Source: Promethearchaeota archaeon
GTDB lineage: Archaea > Asgardarchaeota > Lokiarchaeia > Sigyniarchaeales > SOKP01
Reading direction: 5' to 3'
NCBI GenBank assembly: GCA_013375475.1
Contig: JABXKD010000007.1
Coordinates: 1-64,000 of the forward strand
Length of the DNA stretch: 64,000 nt
The first letter of the stretch is position 1. Every line of letters starts with the position of its first letter. Of the stretch, positions 58,617 through 64,000 are shown in pieces. The notes under the pieces were generated by a model. The model saw only the letters and a program-made list of their open reading frames with translations. It searched no databases and was not told the origin of the DNA. A program made the position numbers and the translations under genes.

Positions 58617-59747
58617 ATGACACTGCAACAAGAAATTCTCAATACTTTTTCAAAAGAAAAGACGCATAAAATCGTTTTCAGTCCAAGGTTATATTACTGG
58701 TACTTTGGAAATAAGATTTATTCAAAACAGAAAAAAAATTACTCAAAAGCAATCCCTCCTCATTATTATGGTAAAACTCAGTTCGACATTTACAGAGAAC
58801 TAGGTAGTAGTCCAAGATATTCAGAAGAAACATTATATTTACCATTATATTATGAAGTAATTGATCCCCTGTCTAATATTAAAGTTCAAAGAGAACCTGG
58901 AACAAAGAAAGGAGAAACGATCACCACTCATAAAACGCCCCATGGAAAGCTTAAACAAGTAGAATCGATAGGAAGTGGGCTTGGAGGGCATAGAACGGAA
59001 TATCCGATAAAAACCTTATCTGATATTAAAACTTTGAGATACATTTTAAAAAACACAACGGTCTCTTTTTCAAGAAAGAATTTTGAGTTAGCAGATAAAC
59101 AATTCGGAGATACCTGTGTCACTAGTACATACTTATCAAAATCTCCGTATCAAAAATTAGTTACTGAATTTATGGGTTTTACTCGAACTATCTTATCTTT
59201 AAAAAGATATCCCTCTCAAATGGAGAATTTCATGACATTCTTGGAAGATTGGGATGATCAGATGTATAATCAGATATCAAATTCTCCCCTGCAAATAGTC
59301 AATTTTGGTGAAAATATTGATTCAAATTTAAGTCCTCCACATTATTTTGAGAAGTACCTCATACCCTACTATGAAAAGCGAGTAAACCAACTTCATCGGG
59401 CGGGGAAATATTGTCATATTCATATAGATGGATCGCTTAGAGATCTCCTTCCCTATTTCGAGCAATTACCTTTTGACGGGTTAGAAGCCCTAACACCAAA
59501 ACCTCAAGGTGATGTAAGTATGGAAGAAATCAAAGAAGCAATTGGAAAAAAGATACTATTAGATGGGATTCCTTCCATATTATTTTTACCAGAGTATAGT
59601 GAAAACTATCTCATAGAATATACTCAGAATGTTTTAGAATTATTTTCTCCAAACTTGATTTTGGGTGTATCCGATGAACTCTCTCCGAATGGAGATATTC
59701 GAAAAATAGAAAAAATATCAGAAATTGTCAAGAATTTTAACCTCTAA
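58617..59747 (+). CDS. Uroporphyrinogen decarboxylase / MtaA-CmuA-like TIM-barrel protein
   Basis: SP..FEKY.IPYY, HIHIDG, TP.PQGD, LILGVSDE. Confidence 0.8.
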   Translation: MTLQQEILNTFSKEKTHKIVFSPRLYYWYFGNKIYSKQKKNYSKAIPPHYYGKTQFDIYRELGSSPRYSEETLYLPLYYEVIDPLSNIKVQREPGTKKGETITTHKTPHGKLKQVESIGSGLGGHRTEYPIKTLSDIKTLRYILKNTTVSFSRKNFELADKQFGDTCVTSTYLSKSPYQKLVTEFMGFTRTILSLKRYPSQMENFMTFLEDWDDQMYNQISNSPLQIVNFGENIDSNLSPPHYFEKYLIPYYEKRVNQLHRAGKYCHIHIDGSLRDLLPYFEQLPFDGLEALTPKPQGDVSMEEIKEAIGKKILLDGIPSILFLPEYSENYLIEYTQNVLELFSPNLILGVSDELSPNGDIRKIEKISEIVKNFNL

Positions 59748-59849
59748 ATCAATTTATTTTAAACAAGTTTTATATATACTAATATCAATATTTTATCATC
59801 ATATCTTATTCGAATTTTAAGTAATAGATAAAAGAAAAGTTGAGAAAAA

Positions 59850-60740
59850 ATGAATGGTTTTTCATACTTAATAGGTGTTTTTTTAGCTATATTGGCGGGA
59901 AGTATAAATAATATAGGCTTAGTGTTACAAAAAAAAGTTGTTAATCAAGTACCCCCTGAAGCAAAGTTCTTTAGAAGTTTAGTGAAAAAACCTCTTTGGA
60001 TAACAGGGTTATTAATGGAACTCATGATAGGCTCAGTTTTTTTCATGATCGCTCAAATTTATATAGGTCCCGCGATAATACCTGGTTTAATGGCATTCGG
60101 ATTAATTTTTCTTGCCATTGGATCTGTTAAAATTGTGGGTGAGACTTTAAAAAAGGTAGAAATTATAGGAATAATCGTAATGATTTTTGCGATCTTTCTA
60201 TTAGGTCTTTCTGAATTAAGTATAGATATTGCTGGTATAGACATATTAGCTTTTGATCTTGTACTTAACATGACTATTTTTACGATTGCTTTATTTCTTG
60301 GTTCATTTATATGTGAGATTTTACAAAGAAAAATTGAAAAATTGAAAGGAATTTTATTAGCGATATCCTCAGGATTCCAGTTTTCATTAACTAATTTCTG
60401 GATTGCACCGTTAATGGCTGTTATTGCTCATGTTTTTGGAGGAACCGCGAATTTAGGCGAGATATTCTTGTTTATAGCAAGTGCAGCAATTTTAATTGCA
60501 GCAAGTATCATAGGGATTATGAAAATCCAACAATCATTCCAAGTAGCTAACGCTAGTCGAATGATTCCTATTCAGCAAGTACCTATACAAATTACACCCC
60601 TTTTAGCATATTTTTTTGTTTTTGCACTGATGCCTTCTACAATCTTTCCTATCATATATGTGATTATTGGTGTTTTTTTAATCTTATTAAGCTCCTTTCT
60701 GTTAGCGAAAAGACAAGCACAGTTAGATGCTATAAAGTAA
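59850..60740 (+). CDS. DMT-superfamily (NIPA-like) transporter
   Basis: G.VLQKK, P.W..G; about nine TM helices. Confidence 0.75.
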   Translation: MNGFSYLIGVFLAILAGSINNIGLVLQKKVVNQVPPEAKFFRSLVKKPLWITGLLMELMIGSVFFMIAQIYIGPAIIPGLMAFGLIFLAIGSVKIVGETLKKVEIIGIIVMIFAIFLLGLSELSIDIAGIDILAFDLVLNMTIFTIALFLGSFICEILQRKIEKLKGILLAISSGFQFSLTNFWIAPLMAVIAHVFGGTANLGEIFLFIASAAILIAASIIGIMKIQQSFQVANASRMIPIQQVPIQITPLLAYFFVFALMPSTIFPIIYVIIGVFLILLSSFLLAKRQAQLDAIK

Positions 60741-60750
60741 GGTTGGAACT

Positions 60751-61545
60751 TTGGCAAAAATTATATTCTTTCAACCACATCCGGACGATTTAGAGCTAAA
60801 TTGTGGCCATCTCATTCATTACCTTGCAACAAAAAGTAAAAAGAAGCATATTATTAAGATCGCTTCAACTACAAAAGGTGAATATGGACTTCCTGGTGCT
60901 CAATATGATAAGTTTAAAGGTGATTTTCTTGCAAAAGTTAGAACTCTAGAATTATACAATGCTCAAAGCATTCACGGAATACTTCCAGAAAATATACACT
61001 TTTTTGGTTATGTTGATGGTTTAGTAGAATTTACAAAAGAATTTGTAGATAATATTGCTGAATATTTAAAAATGGAGAAACCTGATATAATTTTCGCACC
61101 AGAAGCAATTTATACGGCTTATTATCATATGGATCATGTTAATACGGGTAGGGCAATATATTACTGTATTCATAACAAGTTAATCGACTTTGCTCCAACT
61201 CTTTATTTTTATTCAACATTAAGCCCAAATTTTTTCTTCGGTTTTAAAAAGAAGGCTTTTTCTCTAATCGATCAACTACTTGCTTGTCATAAAACACAGT
61301 TTTGGTTAATAAACTATGCTACATGGACATATAAACCAAAAACGAGATTAGCAGGAAGGAAGTTAAGCGGTTGGAAATATGCTGAGAAATACCGAAGAGT
61401 ATATTTTCACAAAAATAATAAAAATAAGAATAAACCCTCATTCATGGTTAAAATTTTAAGTCATTGGTATTCAAGTATGCCTTTTTTTAAAGCTAAATAC
61501 CCTCAAGATGTTTTACAGATGCTTAAAAAACAAGGGAAAATTTAA
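60751..61545 (+). CDS. PIG-L/LmbE-family deacetylase
   Basis: PHPDDLE, T.GE.G, R..E and H.DH motifs. Confidence 0.9.
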   Translation: MAKIIFFQPHPDDLELNCGHLIHYLATKSKKKHIIKIASTTKGEYGLPGAQYDKFKGDFLAKVRTLELYNAQSIHGILPENIHFFGYVDGLVEFTKEFVDNIAEYLKMEKPDIIFAPEAIYTAYYHMDHVNTGRAIYYCIHNKLIDFAPTLYFYSTLSPNFFFGFKKKAFSLIDQLLACHKTQFWLINYATWTYKPKTRLAGRKLSGWKYAEKYRRVYFHKNNKNKNKPSFMVKILSHWYSSMPFFKAKYPQDVLQMLKKQGKI

Positions 61546-61696
61546 TAATTTTTATAGAATTATGAATATTTCTTTCAAAAGATGCAATTTACATACAACT
61601 TATGTTTTTAAAAGTATATAAATGAGATTAACTAAATATCTCATAATTAAAAATATATGTTTAAATAGAAATAAAATAATTAACACAAAATAAGAG

Positions 61697-62047
61697 GTGG
61701 AATTATTGGCTACTGCCGAAGAAGTTAAAGATGCTCTTAATAAATGGGTTAATATGTTAGATGATCCAGAAATTGCAGACGAATTTGAAGATTTTAACAA
61801 AACTATGCAGTTTGTATTTCCAGATATAGATTACAAAACTAAAATGATTTTTGAGAATAAAAAAGCGAGATTAGAGGATGGATATAATGAAGCTGCAGAA
61901 ATGGGTTTAGAAGTTAACTCAGATCTATTTGTAGGTATTGCCACTGGAGAAGTAGATCCGATGGAAGCTTTTATGGATGGAGAACTTAAAACAAAAGGAG
62001 ATATGGGGGCATTACAGAGATTAGAAGTTTTTATGGACATAGATTAA
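61697..62047 (+). CDS. SCP2 sterol/lipid-binding domain protein
   Basis: G..DPMEAFM.GELK.KGDM motif. True start is probably TTG 61706 after gaggtg. Confidence 0.88.
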   Translation: MELLATAEEVKDALNKWVNMLDDPEIADEFEDFNKTMQFVFPDIDYKTKMIFENKKARLEDGYNEAAEMGLEVNSDLFVGIATGEVDPMEAFMDGELKTKGDMGALQRLEVFMDID

Positions 62048-62116
62048 TAAGTGTAATTTGAGATCAAAATTATCTTTAAAATTAAAAAAAATTAATAATT
62101 AAAAATTTGATATAAT

Positions 62117-63241
62117 ATGGACCCTATTGGTTTTAATAAAGAAAAGGCGTGCACTGTTTTAGAAAAATATGATATTGACGTGTTAGTTGCATCTACTCCC
62201 GTAAATATATTTTATACAACGGGCTTACCGATATTGCACGTAGCACCAAATCCGATTTTATATGTGCTATACAATCAATATCCAAGTCTATCTTTATTAC
62301 GAAGGGATGGAGAGGAAAGCCTTATTACTTGGATCACTTATCGTAGCGTAGATAAATTTTCTTGGGTCACCGATGTAAGTGGAATTGCTTCTCCTAGAGC
62401 AGCAATGAAAGAGGTGTCAGATAGAATTGAAAAATGGGGATTGGCAGAAAAAAATATTGGATACGAATCTTTAATGCCCTCTTATCAATCTGAATATTTA
62501 AGAAATAAATTTCCAAGAGCGAATTTTGTTAATGGAGACCAAGCATTTTTAGACATGCGGTTAGTTAAATCAGAAGAGGAAGTAAAGCGCATACGAAAAT
62601 CTACAGAAATTTCTGAAAAAGCAATAAAAGCGATGATTGACGCTGCTCATGAAGGAATTAGCGACATAAAGTTATTACAAATTGCTAGAAGAACTGTCGT
62701 TGATGAAGGTGCAGAAGGATGGGATCATCTTACAATGAACTTGGGACCTTCTGATCCTGAAGCACCAGGAGTAGGAAATACTTTAAAATCTGGAGATCTT
62801 AATAGGTTTGATATTGGAACTATTTGGAAAGGTTACGTCTCAGATGTCAGCAGAGAGCTCGTGATAGGTCAAATACCTGATGGTGCTGAAGAAATTATGG
62901 ATAGATTGATAAAAGTACAAGAATTCTGTTTAGATAACATTAAGCCTGATTTAAATATTAAAGAGTTGTATGATAATGCTAAAAGTTTTCATAAATCTCT
63001 AGCAAAGCGAGGAAGGTGTTTCATTACAGGTCATAGTATTGGATTAGAATGCGAGGAAATTCATTTATTCAGTCCAATGAAAACCCTAGATATTCCATTT
63101 GAAGAGAATATGGTTTTGGATATTGAAATTTGGCAAAATTTTAAAAATCAAGGTTTGATTGGTGTAGAAGATTGTTATAGGATTACTAAATCTGGCTGTG
63201 AACGGCTTTCAAGTTTGGATAAAAATATTTTTGTAAAATAA
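62117..63241 (+). CDS. M24 (Xaa-Pro peptidase fold) family protein
   Basis: NIFY.TG, R.VKS.EE, D.G...GY.SD.SR, GHSIG, VED. Confidence 0.88.
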   Translation: MDPIGFNKEKACTVLEKYDIDVLVASTPVNIFYTTGLPILHVAPNPILYVLYNQYPSLSLLRRDGEESLITWITYRSVDKFSWVTDVSGIASPRAAMKEVSDRIEKWGLAEKNIGYESLMPSYQSEYLRNKFPRANFVNGDQAFLDMRLVKSEEEVKRIRKSTEISEKAIKAMIDAAHEGISDIKLLQIARRTVVDEGAEGWDHLTMNLGPSDPEAPGVGNTLKSGDLNRFDIGTIWKGYVSDVSRELVIGQIPDGAEEIMDRLIKVQEFCLDNIKPDLNIKELYDNAKSFHKSLAKRGRCFITGHSIGLECEEIHLFSPMKTLDIPFEENMVLDIEIWQNFKNQGLIGVEDCYRITKSGCERLSSLDKNIFVK

Positions 63242-63294
63242 AATCAGTTAGTATAAGATTTTAAGAAATTATAGAATGATAGAGGAATGATTTT

Positions 63295-64000
63295 ATGGAT
63301 TATGTGAAATTTGGTATAATTGGCACTGGTGCTGTGTGGGGCTTCCACAAGCTTGGTTCTAAAAAGAACCCAAAGATTAAGTTTATATCAGCATACGATA
63401 TCGATGAGAGAAAATTAAACAGAGTTGCTAAGTATTCTAAACTAGAAACTTATTCAACTTTAGAGGATTTTCTTAGGAGTGATATAGAAGCAGTTCTTAT
63501 CATGGTACCACATTATCTTCATAGAGATATAGTTGTTGAGGTAGCTGAATCGGGAAAACATATAATATGTGAAAAACCAATGGCTACTACACTTGAAGAG
63601 TGTGATGATATGATAGCAGCAACAAAAAAAGCTGGTGTTAAATTCATGATTGCCGAAAATCACCGTTTTCTTCCTGCTCACCAGTTCATGAAGGATATTA
63701 TAGACCGCGATTATATTGGAGAGATTTTTCTTGGTCGAACTTATGAAGGAGCATATGTTAGTCCAGATCAATTTCTTGATCCTAATTCGTGGAATTTTAC
63801 TTACAATAAGGGAGGTGGTGGGGTTGTTGCTGATCAAGGTGTTCATAAATTTACCTTTTTGAATTGGCTTTTGGGAGAAGTTGATTCTGCACAATGCTGG
63901 TTAGGAAAGGCTACGAATTCTCCCCCTATTAAAGGAGAAGACAACGCAATTATTCTACTAAGATATAAGAGTGGAGCAATGATAACAGTCGATCTTTCCT
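63295..64000 (+). CDS. Gfo/Idh/MocA-family oxidoreductase (3' truncated by window edge; absent from the ORF track)
   Basis: MDYVKFGIIGTG...VPHYLH...GKHIICEKPMA...GGGVVADQGVH. Confidence 0.9.
   Translation, partial: MDYVKFGIIGTGAVWGFHKLGSKKNPKIKFISAYDIDERKLNRVAKYSKLETYSTLEDFLRSDIEAVLIMVPHYLHRDIVVEVAESGKHIICEKPMATTLEECDDMIAATKKAGVKFMIAENHRFLPAHQFMKDIIDRDYIGEIFLGRTYEGAYVSPDQFLDPNSWNFTYNKGGGGVVADQGVHKFTFLNWLLGEVDSAQCWLGKATNSPPIKGEDNAIILLRYKSGAMITVDLS

Overview
AT-rich (roughly 30% GC by eye) archaeal chromosome segment, most likely from an Asgard archaeon of the Lokiarchaeia. This assignment is an inference from the archaeal housekeeping genes (thermosome, L38e, L40e, Pth2, TruD, archaeal AspRS/ThrRS, type II MetAP, RibL/RibK) together with eukaryotic-signature-like proteins (Rab-like GTPase, two longin-like proteins, JAMM/MPN protein). 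About 1-18 kb is accessory and includes an NLR-like DUF4062-STAND-TPR gene flanked by an intact and a decayed copy of a small ORF. About 18-50 kb is mostly core genes. About 50-64 kb is a sugar-kinase/catabolic cluster. The main finding is an ORF-free ~500-nt interval (27802-28299) with the hallmarks of a large structured non-coding RNA on the minus strand: an 11-bp terminal helix, nested long-range stems whose mismatches read as G-U only on the minus strand, a TATA box upstream and a U11 tract downstream. It matches no RNA family I can recognise. Three genes also appear to need ATA/ATT start codons. All product calls come from motif recognition by eye; no searches were run.
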